This document shows positions 29,168-38,791 of a DNA stretch of 64,000 nucleotides, one piece after another (within the stretch, counting starts at the first letter, position 1; the number at the start of each line of letters is the position of its first letter). The notes under the pieces were generated by a model that saw only the letters and a list, made by a program, of their open reading frames with translations, did no database searches and was not told the origin of the DNA. Origin of the DNA: Armatimonadota bacterium (lineage in GTDB: Bacteria > Armatimonadota > Fimbriimonadia > Fimbriimonadales > Fimbriimonadaceae); the NCBI GenBank assembly GCA_031400935.1, contig JANNQV010000017.1, forward strand, positions 62,001 through 126,000. The letters are read 5' to 3'. The translations under genes and the position numbers were made by a program.

Positions 29168-29407
29168 ATGGAATCGCAAAGTGACAAGAGCCTGAACGAT
29201 CTGATTTGGCAGGATGCCGATCGGATGAGTGGAGCACTTTGCATATTTGGAACTCGGATTCGAGTTCAAGATTTGTTCGACTGGATGGCATCGGGAGGTT
29301 CAGTTGACACTTTTGTTGAAACCTATCCCCATGTTCCACGAGATACGGCCGTCGGCATACTTCGGTTGGCCGAATCTGATCTGCTCAAGCATTTCGAGGC
29401 AGCGTGA
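29168..29407 (+). CDS. DUF433 antitoxin
   Basis: D.DRMSGA.CI.GTRI.V..L.....G.....F...YP. Confidence 0.9.
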   Translation: MESQSDKSLNDLIWQDADRMSGALCIFGTRIRVQDLFDWMASGGSVDTFVETYPHVPRDTAVGILRLAESDLLKHFEAA

Positions 29408-29736
29408 GACGTGTTTTTCTCGATGAAAACGTTGATCTGATTCTAGTTAGTTCGTTGCCAGACCATCATTGTGAATCTGTGCGTTCTCGTGGATGGTACG
29501 GAATTTCAAACGGTGAGCTGATTTCAAAGATTGAAGTCGAATTTGACGTATTAATCTCCCATGACCAGGGACTCGAAAAGCAGCAAAACTGGAAGAATCG
29601 CAAACTTGGGCTGATTATCATCATGGCCACGAGCACAAGTTACGACGCGTATCAGCATCAAGTCTCGAGAATTCAGGATGCGATTGCCGAGATCAAAAAT
29701 GGTCAGGTTATTCACGTGAACCTTCGCGACGAGTGA
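29404..29736 (+). CDS. DUF5615 PIN-like toxin
   Basis: FLDENV, GW.G..NGEL, VLISHD; GTGA overlap with DUF433. Confidence 0.85.
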   Translation: MRRVFLDENVDLILVSSLPDHHCESVRSRGWYGISNGELISKIEVEFDVLISHDQGLEKQQNWKNRKLGLIIIMATSTSYDAYQHQVSRIQDAIAEIKNGQVIHVNLRDE

Positions 29737-29743
29737 AGCCCAG

Positions 29744-30268
29744 CTAATCCTTACAGTAATTGTTCCTTGACAGCGAGTACACCGCACTCAACACCCCTTC
29801 CATCTCGATCTCCATTTCAAACGACAGCCCGGCGCTCATTGCCGTTCGGATCGAAGCCTCATGTTCCGGGTCAATCAGGGCGATCACTTTGGGAAGGCGA
29901 AGCTCGGAAAAGGCGTAGCCAACCAAACCTTTCGCCGCCTCTGAACCGAAACCTTCGCGCCACCGTGATTTGTCAATCATGTAAGCGATCTCGATTTCCA
30001 ATACCCCGTCTATGGTCCATGGCAAGAGTACGCACCTTCCAATAAAACGATTTGAAGACTTTTCAATCGTTGCCCAGAGCCCTAGCCGCAGATCGTCGGG
30101 ATGCCCTTCTAAAAACCATTCCAACTCTTCATTAGTCTCTTCGGCAGTCCGAACCCCGTCTGGGAAATAGCGGCGGATATCGTGGTCGCTGTATAGCCTG
30201 TATAGGTCATCGCAATCCTCAAGCGTAAGGTGCCGAAACCAGAGCCTTGGCGTTTCAAAAATCGTCAT
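29744..30268 (-). CDS. GNAT acetyltransferase (RimJ/RimL family)
   Basis: FETPRL, EIAY..W.EGFGSEAA, ASIR. Confidence 0.9.
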   Translation of the reverse strand: MTIFETPRLWFRHLTLEDCDDLYRLYSDHDIRRYFPDGVRTAEETNEELEWFLEGHPDDLRLGLWATIEKSSNRFIGRCVLLPWTIDGVLEIEIAYMIDKSRWREGFGSEAAKGLVGYAFSELRLPKVIALIDPEHEASIRTAMSAGLSFEMEIEMEGVLSAVYSLSRNNYCKD

Positions 30269-32499
30269 TTCGGAGCATTGACCCGTTTCAACTCATTGAT
30301 CAAAAAGTCAATGTTCATAAACGGATCGCCGCCTGTACGTTTCCAACGAACCTTCCCCGCCTTGTCAATGAGAATTGTTGAGTGCAATTCCATTTCCTCA
30401 AAGTCGTCATAAGAAGAGAAACGCCTTGCGTTTTCGTGGTTCTTGTCGGCAAGAAATGTGACATTGACTCCCTCGAGTACGGTGGACTTGCTGAAGGAAT
30501 CTGGTGCGGCACTGCAAACAGCCAAAACAACCGTTTCCTGAGTCGTAAAATCCGCCATTCGGTCGTTGATTGACTTCAATTGGCCGACACAATGAACGCA
30601 TGCATCGCCTAAAAAGAAGACGAGGACGACGTTTTTGCCCGCATAATTTTCGAGGGTGACTTGCTTTCCCTCACCGTTAACGACGTCGAGTTTTGGCGCA
30701 TTGAACGGTTTCCAGTTCATCGGTCCCAATGTATCAAGCTCAACAGGGCGATAGGTTCGTTCTTTCTCCGGGGTTTCGGCAATTGGCTTCAATTTGAGCC
30801 CAAGTTTTTCAACATCCATAAGCCACTTCAGGTCCTTATCGGCGTTGGACCAGACATAAGCTAATCTTCCGGCAAAATGCTCTGCTCTCTCCTTGTTTCC
30901 AGAAGCAAAATGGGAGAGTGCTAAGCCAGAAAGTGCGAATCCGTCGTTTGGCTCATTCTTCACCGCCCGCTCATAGCATTCGATCGCCAATTTGTGATCC
31001 CCTTGCTTTCGGTAGTGGTCGCCGAGCAAGCGCATCACCGGCCAAGGTTGCGATGGCGGATCGTTTTGAAATGCATACTTGTCGCGCTGCTTCTGCTCGA
31101 TGTCCGCGGCATTTAGTAACGCTCGCTGACCTTCCAAAAACTTCGCTTCTCCTAGAGAAACCAAGCCCTCTGCAGTTTGAACATAGAAGGTTGTCGGCAA
31201 AGTTGGATCGTCAAGGTTTTTGGCATCAGGATTCAGTTTCTTAGCCAACGCTTTCAGGTCTGCCAGCCTTTCCCTAGCTTCCTTAGACTTTCCAAGCCCG
31301 TTGTATGCAAGCGCTTCGACGAATGCCTGTCCGAACTTTCCAAATTCGTCTGCTGCATTCCAACTGATCGTCCCCGGCGTCAATATTTCGTTCCATTTTT
31401 CAAATTTGATAAGTGCGCGAATGAGTGCCTCTTTTCCTTGAGCAACGATGTTCCCAGTCAAATCGGGGTTGTATTCTGGATCCCTGGGAGCTGCTAGCAT
31501 GTCCATCGCACCTTGCATGGAGGCATCTGCCATTCCCAATTGCTCCTGAATGTAGCAAAGGTAGTTCCGGTTGTGGGGGTAGTTCCAGGTTTCGAAGGGC
31601 AATGCAAGCCGATCATTCATGTATCGGAGTTCGATTCGCGTGGCTGAATCCATTGCGATCGCGGCTTCGTGCCACATTCCAATTTTGCTGTAGATGTGCC
31701 CCGGCATGTGGAGCGCATGGCCGATTCCTGGCGCTGACTTGCCATACAATTCACAACTTCGGATAGCTTGTTCAGAAGAAAGTCCATCCCAGTTATGGAT
31801 GCTCGCGTGATGTGCACCTGGGTGCTTTGGATTCTTTGCCAATACTTGTTGAACCACAAGTTCATTCGCAAACGCGCTACCGTTGCCAATGTCAAAAAGG
31901 GCGAGGAGGGCTTTTGCCTCAATGTCGGCAGGGTACTTAATCACGATAGCTTGAAGGTCTACAACGAGCAACTTGACCCGATCGGGCATTGACTGATCTA
32001 CAGCCTTTTCCCATGCTTCAATGTACATTCGCTCTCGTTCAGGAACTTGTGATTTCCTCTTTACCGCTTCCTTCAAGAAGACCTTATAACGGTCGAACAT
32101 TTTGTCGTCAAAGTTTGGAGCAGCCATGCTGAACCAATTCAAACCGCTCCTAGCAAGGCCCCAATATGCCATCGCGCAATCGGGATCGAGTTTGAGGCAC
32201 CACCGAAACGAGCGTTCTGCTTCTTCAAACCAGAACGAATGGAGCAGCACATTGCCTTGGTTGAACCACTTCTGAACTTCAGAATGTTTTGATGTGATTG
32301 GAAATGGAGCGGTGCCAATTCCCGGCATTTCCCATGGCTTCGTCCTCATGCCTGAATCGAAAGCTGATCCGTGACCAGAATGGCCCTGTTTTTCAGGTGC
32401 CTGGCAATAAACCATGGAGGCAATCAGGAGCAAACCAAAAAAGGAATTGATTCGAAGTGAAATGCTTGTTGAATGAGTTCGAATAGGTGTCATGGGCAT
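30265..32499 (-). CDS. TPR-like protein fused to an AhpC/TSA redoxin domain
   Basis: HPGAHH, HALHMPGHIY; C-terminal CVHCVGQL..HSTILID. Confidence 0.8.
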   Translation of the reverse strand: MPMTPIRTHSTSISLRINSFFGLLLIASMVYCQAPEKQGHSGHGSAFDSGMRTKPWEMPGIGTAPFPITSKHSEVQKWFNQGNVLLHSFWFEEAERSFRWCLKLDPDCAMAYWGLARSGLNWFSMAAPNFDDKMFDRYKVFLKEAVKRKSQVPERERMYIEAWEKAVDQSMPDRVKLLVVDLQAIVIKYPADIEAKALLALFDIGNGSAFANELVVQQVLAKNPKHPGAHHASIHNWDGLSSEQAIRSCELYGKSAPGIGHALHMPGHIYSKIGMWHEAAIAMDSATRIELRYMNDRLALPFETWNYPHNRNYLCYIQEQLGMADASMQGAMDMLAAPRDPEYNPDLTGNIVAQGKEALIRALIKFEKWNEILTPGTISWNAADEFGKFGQAFVEALAYNGLGKSKEARERLADLKALAKKLNPDAKNLDDPTLPTTFYVQTAEGLVSLGEAKFLEGQRALLNAADIEQKQRDKYAFQNDPPSQPWPVMRLLGDHYRKQGDHKLAIECYERAVKNEPNDGFALSGLALSHFASGNKERAEHFAGRLAYVWSNADKDLKWLMDVEKLGLKLKPIAETPEKERTYRPVELDTLGPMNWKPFNAPKLDVVNGEGKQVTLENYAGKNVVLVFFLGDACVHCVGQLKSINDRMADFTTQETVVLAVCSAAPDSFSKSTVLEGVNVTFLADKNHENARRFSSYDDFEEMELHSTILIDKAGKVRWKRTGGDPFMNIDFLINELKRVNAPK

Positions 32500-32610
32500 G
32501 GCTAACGTAAGTTACCCCAGAGACCCATCCAGTTTATGATTGAAGATTCCATCCCACCCAAACAACCGCACTACGGCGACAGAGCATATGAAGGCTGAAC
32601 TATCAGCCTC

Positions 32611-34035
32611 ATGGAGGAATCCAGGATGTTTGAATTTGCGAGATTTCGCAGTTTTGTTTGCTTAGCTTCGTCAGGGCTCGCGCTGCTCTTAGGTGCAAAG
32701 GCCAATGCACAACCCGTACTCAACGACCCCAATCTAGAAGCCGTTCCGTTCATTTCGGCATTGAATCAACCAGTAACATTTGCGTTTTTGGATGCAAATC
32801 AGATGTTCCTTTGCGAAAAAGCATCTGGACAAGTCAAGTATTTTGTCAATGGAGTGCTTATCGGGGTTGTCCTTGATTTAGCGGTCAATTCAGCATCCGA
32901 AAGGGGCTTGCTGGGAATCGCTCTCGATCCAAGTTTTGCCAAGAATCCGAAGGTCTATCTATATTGGAGCCAAGACAGCACGGGCGGAGACACGCTCAAT
33001 GCAAGCAATGTCGCACTCTTGGCGAATCGAGTAGATGCATTCGATTGGAATGGCGTCACGCTGACTTTCAGCCACAATTTGTTGCAACTGAGGAGCTTTC
33101 AAGCCGACGCGGGCCAGCCAGTCCGAGGAAACCACAACGGCGGTTCGATGAGGTTCGGCCCCGACGGAAAGCTTTACGTGCTTCAAGGTGACACGGGACG
33201 ACGGGGATACACGCAGAACAATTTGCAAGGCCCAGTGCCTGACGATCCATTCGGCGGACCGGCACCTGACGCCGCTCACACAACTGGCGTTATGTACCGG
33301 ATAAACAAAGATGGCACGTCGCCAGCCGACAACCCGTTTTTCAACACAACGCCTTATCCGAACATGAACAAAGTGTTCGGCTACGGAATCCGAAACGGTT
33401 TCGGATTGATGTTCGATATCGCCACGGGGCACCTCTGGCTCCAAGAGCACGGCGATGACACATTTGACGAAATGAACATCATTCGAGCCGGGCATAACGG
33501 AGGCTGGATTCAAACCATGGGGCCGTTGAGCCGAGTCGCTCAATTTCGAGACATTGAAATCAATCTGAATACAGGCGGGCTGCAGCAGCTTCGTTGGCCG
33601 CCGACTATGATTCAGACGAGCCCAGTTTTGGCGTACAAGCGAATGGTTCACTTTAAGGGTTCGCATTATGCGGAGCCTAAATTCTCCTGGAAATACGCAG
33701 TTGCGCCAGGCGGAATAGCGTTCGTTGATACTTCAAGTTTGGGCCCAGAATATCAGGGCGACATGATCATGGGCGAGTCACGAACGACACTCCTAAACGG
33801 CTACTTAATGAAGTTTGAAATGAATCCAGCGCGAGACGCATTTGCGTTCTCAGATTCGCGTTTGAACGACCTTGTGGCTGACAACTTTGCCAAATTTGAT
33901 CCAATTGAAAGCGAATCGCTAATAATGGGATCAAATTTTGGAGTCGTTACCGATATTGCGACCTCGCCAGGCGGAAGGGTTTTTCTCGTATGCCTTGACC
34001 GCGGAATAGTTTACGAGCTGAGAAGAAGGGTTTAG
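32611..34035 (+). CDS. PQQ-dependent soluble sugar dehydrogenase family protein
   Basis: ERGLLGIALDP, NHNGG..FGPDGKLY, DNPF, YGIRN. Confidence 0.88.
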   Translation: MEESRMFEFARFRSFVCLASSGLALLLGAKANAQPVLNDPNLEAVPFISALNQPVTFAFLDANQMFLCEKASGQVKYFVNGVLIGVVLDLAVNSASERGLLGIALDPSFAKNPKVYLYWSQDSTGGDTLNASNVALLANRVDAFDWNGVTLTFSHNLLQLRSFQADAGQPVRGNHNGGSMRFGPDGKLYVLQGDTGRRGYTQNNLQGPVPDDPFGGPAPDAAHTTGVMYRINKDGTSPADNPFFNTTPYPNMNKVFGYGIRNGFGLMFDIATGHLWLQEHGDDTFDEMNIIRAGHNGGWIQTMGPLSRVAQFRDIEINLNTGGLQQLRWPPTMIQTSPVLAYKRMVHFKGSHYAEPKFSWKYAVAPGGIAFVDTSSLGPEYQGDMIMGESRTTLLNGYLMKFEMNPARDAFAFSDSRLNDLVADNFAKFDPIESESLIMGSNFGVVTDIATSPGGRVFLVCLDRGIVYELRRRV

Positions 34036-34140
34036 GGTTTCGGGTTGGGGATTGTGAATTTTGGATTTTGGGTTTTGGGTTGCGGAAAGTGGATTGCCGG
34101 AAGATGCGTTCAACAACTAACAACCAACAACTAACAACGA
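34030..34140. repeat. Heptamer tandem repeats
   Basis: ggattttggg-type units and caacaac/taacaac units. Confidence 0.7.
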
Positions 34141-34155
34141 ATAAAGGAAAACAAT

Positions 34156-34968
34156 ATGAAACGAACAATTTTTGCATTCACTTGCCTGTTGCTGATCAGT
34201 TCAGCTTCATCGCAAATTAATTTATCCAATGGAAACACGACGGCAACCATTGACCCGACAACGAATCCCCTCAGCTTCCTTAGAGGCATGAATTCATGGG
34301 AGGTTGACGGTGTCGACCAACTGTTTCAGCAGTGGTATTGGTTTAGAATCGGAAATACTGCCGAGCGCACCATTGATAGCGGAGCCGCGCTGAGCGTCAG
34401 TGGCTTAACCGCGAACACTGCTACGATTACTTACATTCATTCTTCGGTTCGATTCGACTTGACTTTCACTTTAGTCGGCGGAGTTGCGGGTAGCGGAACT
34501 GCCGATGTCAGCGAGATCATGCGAGTTACTAATCTTACCAATCAGGTTCTTGATCTCCATTTGTTTGAATATGACGATTTCGATTTGGATGGCACTTTCG
34601 GCGGCGATTCGGCAGTTCGATTAGACCCATCTTCTATTCGACAATCAGATGCGATTTCATCGGTTACTGTTGGAGCTGTTCCTGCCGCTAGTCATTGGCA
34701 GATTGGCGCAGTACCGAGTATTTTCGATGCTATCGAAGACGGCGTTGCGACAACTTTGAGTGATTCTGGTTCCCCGTTCGGACCTGGCGATGCGAGTTTT
34801 GCGATGCAGTGGGATGTTTCGATGAATTCTCATTCCAGCTTTTTGATGAGCAAGAACAAGATCGTCACCGCGGTTCCAGAAGCGGCTTCAATGGCGATTT
34901 TGGGACTGGGAACTGTTGGTTTGTTGAGGCGACGGGCAAAAGCCATCAAGAAGTCCTACGACTCGTAA
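34156..34968 (+). CDS. PEP-CTERM sorting domain protein
   Basis: Signal peptide; C-terminal VPEAASMAILGLGTVGLLRRR. Confidence 0.88.
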   Translation: MKRTIFAFTCLLLISSASSQINLSNGNTTATIDPTTNPLSFLRGMNSWEVDGVDQLFQQWYWFRIGNTAERTIDSGAALSVSGLTANTATITYIHSSVRFDLTFTLVGGVAGSGTADVSEIMRVTNLTNQVLDLHLFEYDDFDLDGTFGGDSAVRLDPSSIRQSDAISSVTVGAVPAASHWQIGAVPSIFDAIEDGVATTLSDSGSPFGPGDASFAMQWDVSMNSHSSFLMSKNKIVTAVPEAASMAILGLGTVGLLRRRAKAIKKSYDS

Positions 34969-35025
34969 GTATTTTGAACTCATCATCCTCAGGCCCTTCC
35001 CCCTATCGGAGGATGGGTTCCCTAT

Positions 35026-36108
35026 TTAACCCTTCAAAAACCTCTTCTTAACAACCAAGCCAGGCTCCATCTTCCCACGAATATCAACTTGGCAATTAAC
35101 GCCAATCGCCACATCTGGATTCAAAAACGCAAAGGCAATTCCACAATCCAGAGCAGGAGAATACACTCCGCTGCTGACTTCGCCAACTTCCCTGCCCTCT
35201 ACAAACACTTTCATTTCAGGCTGGGCGACACGTTTGCTTTCTAGCTTGATTCCTTGCAGCTTTGTAGGAGTACCATTCGCCCTTGCATCTTGAATGATCG
35301 AAGAGCCGATGAACTCTTTGTCCTTCTTGATCACCCATCCGAGCCCGGCGGCGATTGGGGAAAGTTCGTCGTTCAATTCATGTCCGTAAAGCGGCAATCC
35401 TGCCTCAACGCGGAGCGCATCGCGAGAGGCTAAGCCGCATGGCGCCACACCGATACCAACCAGAGTTTCCCAGAGTTCTGGGGCATCCGAGGCTGCGCAG
35501 ATGAGTTCGAATCCATGTTCGCCGGTATATCCGCTGCAAGGCGAAAAGCACGAGATTCCGCCTATTTTTACTGAGTTCAACTGGAACATCGTTGCGGTCT
35601 TTAGAGATTCTGGCTGATCACAAATCTTCCCCAATTTCTCGGCCGTGGCAGGGCCTTGAACAGCGATCATTGCGGTTTCATCCGTTTCGTCTTCAATCTC
35701 GACGCCAAACAAGTTTTGCGCTTTGAGCCACGCAACATCTTTGGCATGATTCGAAGCATTTACCACCATGCGAAACGTAGTCTGATTGACACGATAAACG
35801 ATGATGTCGTCCACACATCCGCCTTGAAAATTGGGCAAAAGCGAATATTGGCCATACCCGTCGGTCAGCTTTCCGATGTCGTTTGTCGTGACCCATTCAA
35901 GGAATTCTATTACTCTCTCGCCTCGAAGCCAAAGCCTCGCCATGTGGCTTACGTCGAACATACCAGCCGATTCGCGAACGACCTTGGATTCTGCAATGAC
36001 CGAACTGTATTGAACTGGCAATTCATAGCCTGCAAACGGAACCATTCGCCCACCCAAAGCGACGTGATTTTCGTAAAGAGGAGTTCGGGCAACTGCTGTT
36101 TCGGTCAT
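35026..36108 (-). CDS. gcvT: Glycine cleavage system aminomethyltransferase T
   Basis: RTPLY, FDVSHM, GYTGE.GFE, RDALRVEAG. Confidence 0.96.
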   Translation of the reverse strand: MTETAVARTPLYENHVALGGRMVPFAGYELPVQYSSVIAESKVVRESAGMFDVSHMARLWLRGERVIEFLEWVTTNDIGKLTDGYGQYSLLPNFQGGCVDDIIVYRVNQTTFRMVVNASNHAKDVAWLKAQNLFGVEIEDETDETAMIAVQGPATAEKLGKICDQPESLKTATMFQLNSVKIGGISCFSPCSGYTGEHGFELICAASDAPELWETLVGIGVAPCGLASRDALRVEAGLPLYGHELNDELSPIAAGLGWVIKKDKEFIGSSIIQDARANGTPTKLQGIKLESKRVAQPEMKVFVEGREVGEVSSGVYSPALDCGIAFAFLNPDVAIGVNCQVDIRGKMEPGLVVKKRFLKG

Positions 36109-36129
36109 GGGGATAGTTTACTTGGGGAG

Positions 36130-36222
36130 GGGAATCGTTATTCGTTATTGGTTATTCGTTATTGGTTATTCGTTATTCGTTGTTGGTTGTTGGATATTGG
36201 TTATCGGTTATCGGTTGTCGGT
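36130..36222. repeat. Heptamer tandem repeats (GTTATTG/GTTATTC/GTTATCG)
   Basis: About 12 degenerate 7-mer units. Confidence 0.8.
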
Positions 36223-36756
36223 TTTCCGCTCTCGAGAAACCGCATCCCACAACCCCGGATTCACTTCCCTCGGAATCGCCTTCAATATCTCGTCGGTCTG
36301 GGCCAGATACCGCTTCAATTTGTCTCCAGTGCGTGATCGTTTGGCGTCAATCACATTCGCCAGGCGATCAGCAAGTTTGATCGTCATGGCTTCGGGGCTC
36401 ATCGTGCGAATTCCGTCGAGCAACATTTTGTTTCGCAACTTGTAAAGCTCCTCAGAATCAATGCTATTCCAAGTTTCCTCATCCGGCTCTGCCCTTGTCA
36501 GCTCAATCACCAAAGCCGTTGCCCGCTTTCCTACTGCTTTGCGAAGCTGTGCAGGCGTAGCATCGGTTTCTTCCAAAGTGTCATGCAGCATCGCAGCGCA
36601 AAGCATCTCCACATCCGTCACCCCTCCACCATGCCTCAAGTTGAGCAAAACTTCCATCGGATGCGTGATGTAGGGCAGCCCGGCTTCCCCGTCGCGATAC
36701 TGCCCTTCATGGAGTTTGGTCGCTAGGCGAATGGCGCGTTCGAGTTTCTTGGACAT
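36208..36756 (-). CDS. HD-domain (p)ppGpp hydrolase-like protein (small alarmone hydrolase/Mesh1-like)
   Basis: H.GQ.R..PYITHP, AAMLHDTLE, IKLADRLAN. Confidence 0.85.
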   Translation of the reverse strand: MSKKLERAIRLATKLHEGQYRDGEAGLPYITHPMEVLLNLRHGGGVTDVEMLCAAMLHDTLEETDATPAQLRKAVGKRATALVIELTRAEPDEETWNSIDSEELYKLRNKMLLDGIRTMSPEAMTIKLADRLANVIDAKRSRTGDKLKRYLAQTDEILKAIPREVNPGLWDAVSRERKTDNR

Positions 36757-36780
36757 GGAATATTGTGGCGCGAATAAGAA

Positions 36781-36990
36781 TTTGAAACCTCACGCAGTGG
36801 TCGCGAAGGTACGCAACGCTAACGAGGCGTATTCTGCGGCCCCGACGTGAGATTCCAAAAACTTCGTAGGCGACGCCGGTCCAACTCGGTGTCGAAGACT
36901 CCGCCGAACGTAAATGTCGCAGACCCCGCAGTAGGGAAATGAGCGTGGCGAATCGGGGAACGAAGTGAATCAGAGGGCACAGCCCTCTGA
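36781..36990. other. Multi-hairpin intergenic element (ncRNA or repeat element)
   Basis: Nested stems 36781-36859, 36871-36894 and 36970-36990. Confidence 0.45.
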
Positions 36991-37020
36991 AAATCAGGTT
37001 GGGGAGAAGTTCAAAAAACA

Positions 37021-37677
37021 CTAGAGCTGGATCAGCTTTCCAAGCACACGACTGATTGGCAACAAGCCCCATGATCTACTGTCAAATGATCCATTGCGGT
37101 TGTCGCCCATCACGATGATGTGCCCTTCCGGAATCGCAGCAGGAACCTGTTTGATCAATGCCGCCCCTTCGTTTTCATCATCCAGCCAAAATTTAGCATC
37201 TGTTTTAGAACCCGAATTGGCAACCGAGTCCTCAATAATGAGCGGAATAATCTCGCCTTTGTATTTGACAAGTTTGAAATGAAACATCGAATGAGACGCA
37301 ACAAACGGCTCGGATACGATTGCTCCGTTTCGATAGAACTTCGATCCATGAATTTCAATCTTATCTCCTGCAACTCCCACGCATCGTTGAATGAACATAT
37401 ACTCTGCCATTTCGCCGTTTTGGATGAAATCAGGCGGATGGAAGACGACGATGTCGTTGACTTTGGGCGATTCGGATTTGTATGCAAAATAATTAACGGC
37501 GTGTACCGATTCACTCTTCAATGTCGGTTCCATGCCTGCTGAAGGAATACGAATCAACGGCTTTGAAGCAACAACTTTAGCCATGTTGGCAAAGACCCAG
37601 ATCGTGATGCAAACACAAGCCAAGAGAGCGGTCAAACCAATTGCCAAACGAATTGAGATTTTTGCCTTTCGTAGCAT
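37021..37677 (-). CDS. lepB: Signal peptidase I family protein with atypical catalytic motifs
   Basis: IPSAGMEPTL, IQRCVGVAGD, MGDNRNGSFDSRSWG. Confidence 0.85.
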   Translation of the reverse strand: MLRKAKISIRLAIGLTALLACVCITIWVFANMAKVVASKPLIRIPSAGMEPTLKSESVHAVNYFAYKSESPKVNDIVVFHPPDFIQNGEMAEYMFIQRCVGVAGDKIEIHGSKFYRNGAIVSEPFVASHSMFHFKLVKYKGEIIPLIIEDSVANSGSKTDAKFWLDDENEGAALIKQVPAAIPEGHIIVMGDNRNGSFDSRSWGLLPISRVLGKLIQL

Positions 37678-37783
37678 GGATCAATATACCGCTCCATTCC
37701 CGTGCCAAATAGCTTAGTTTCTAGGCGGATATCACATTCGAGCTTTTTGGATATTGAAATTGTTGGAGGCTTCCTCGATGCCG

Positions 37784-37981
37784 TTATCGACGCTTTGCAC
37801 GTTGCCGGTGCGCGAACGCGGCGACCAGCCAGGCTAAAGAACCGAGAACGACACTACTGGCCAAACTAGTCTGCCACTCACGTCTTTTGTCAAAGAAAAA
37901 ACCGATGGAGAAAACGATGAGCGCAAACGTAACTCCTGTTGTCCAAGGCCGTTTTTCCATCCAATCATTTACTGCTTTCAT
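37784..37981 (-). CDS. Small two-TM membrane protein
   Basis: 65 aa, two hydrophobic helices, basic C-terminus. Confidence 0.6.
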   Translation of the reverse strand: MKAVNDWMEKRPWTTGVTFALIVFSIGFFFDKRREWQTSLASSVVLGSLAWLVAAFAHRQRAKRR

Positions 37982-38010
37982 TGCCTTTCAAGAGTGCGCG
38001 AACTCATCCC

Positions 38011-38150
38011 CGTCGGGTGGCCAGAATATTTTGGAATCCCCTCGAAACGGGTGCCACGTTTATCCGAGGGACGAGGATGTGCGTGCTCATTTCCCTATCT
38101 TACTCTCGTTGCACTGACAAACTCGTTCCTCGTTTGACAGTGGCACACAC
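38011..38150. repeat. Palindromic element, copy 1
   Basis: gtgccac/gtggcac and cgagggacgag/ctcgttcctcg stems; homologous to 38490-38671. Confidence 0.75.
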
Positions 38151-38184
38151 ATGTGGAGTTATACCGGGCACTTGCGGTTGGTGA

Positions 38185-38454
38185 TTAGACCGGGCGGAGC
38201 CTGTCGTCTGGCGGCCTCATATCTTCGTCCTCTTCGCGCATGAGTTCTGCAACCTCATCCAATTCCGCCTCGGTTAGCGCGTAAAACCCAAAGACTCTCA
38301 TAAGGAGCCCTGCTATGAGGGACGCAAAGCCGAATGCTACTACAACCATTGAGGCGAAGGCTGGTAGCCAGATCCGACTAACATTGAGTAGAACGCCGAC
38401 AATCATCAAAGCCCAAGCGATGAAGAGGTGCTTTGAATTCTGTGAGTTAGGCAT
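38185..38454 (-). CDS. Small two-TM membrane protein with acidic tail
   Basis: 89 aa; GAGGG upstream of ATG. Confidence 0.65.
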   Translation of the reverse strand: MPNSQNSKHLFIAWALMIVGVLLNVSRIWLPAFASMVVVAFGFASLIAGLLMRVFGFYALTEAELDEVAELMREEDEDMRPPDDRLRPV

Positions 38455-38489
38455 GTCACAATCCCTCGACTCTCTTCTCGGGAGCGAAA

Positions 38490-38671
38490 CGACGGGTGGG
38501 CAGGATACCTTTCAAAACCCTCCCATCGGGTGCCACTGTCTTGTGAGGAACGAACAACGCAGTGTTCATTTCCCGATCTTACTCATTTTTCCGTTACTCA
38601 CTGCTATTCTCGTTCCTCGAATAACAGTGGCACCCACAAAAGGGAATTACAAGTTAGGCCTACCACCCGTC
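38490..38671. repeat. Palindromic element, copy 2
   Basis: gacgggtgg/ccacccgtc, gggtgccactgt/acagtggcaccc, gaggaacga/tcgttcctc, gcagtg/cactgc nested stems. Confidence 0.8.
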
Positions 38672-38791
38672 CGGCGTTCGATACGTAGCAAAGCGGGGAC
38701 TATTACATAATGACAAAGTGAAAATGCTGAATATGTTGGCATAAGACTACATTTGTCCAGAATTTATATTGATCTGCCCCAATGAAAGCCA

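Noticed and set aside
38446..38659. Integron attC interpretation (GTTAGGC at 38446 and 38653)
   Set aside because: Both boxes are in the same orientation, they do not bound the palindromes as R''/R', and no integrase is in the window.
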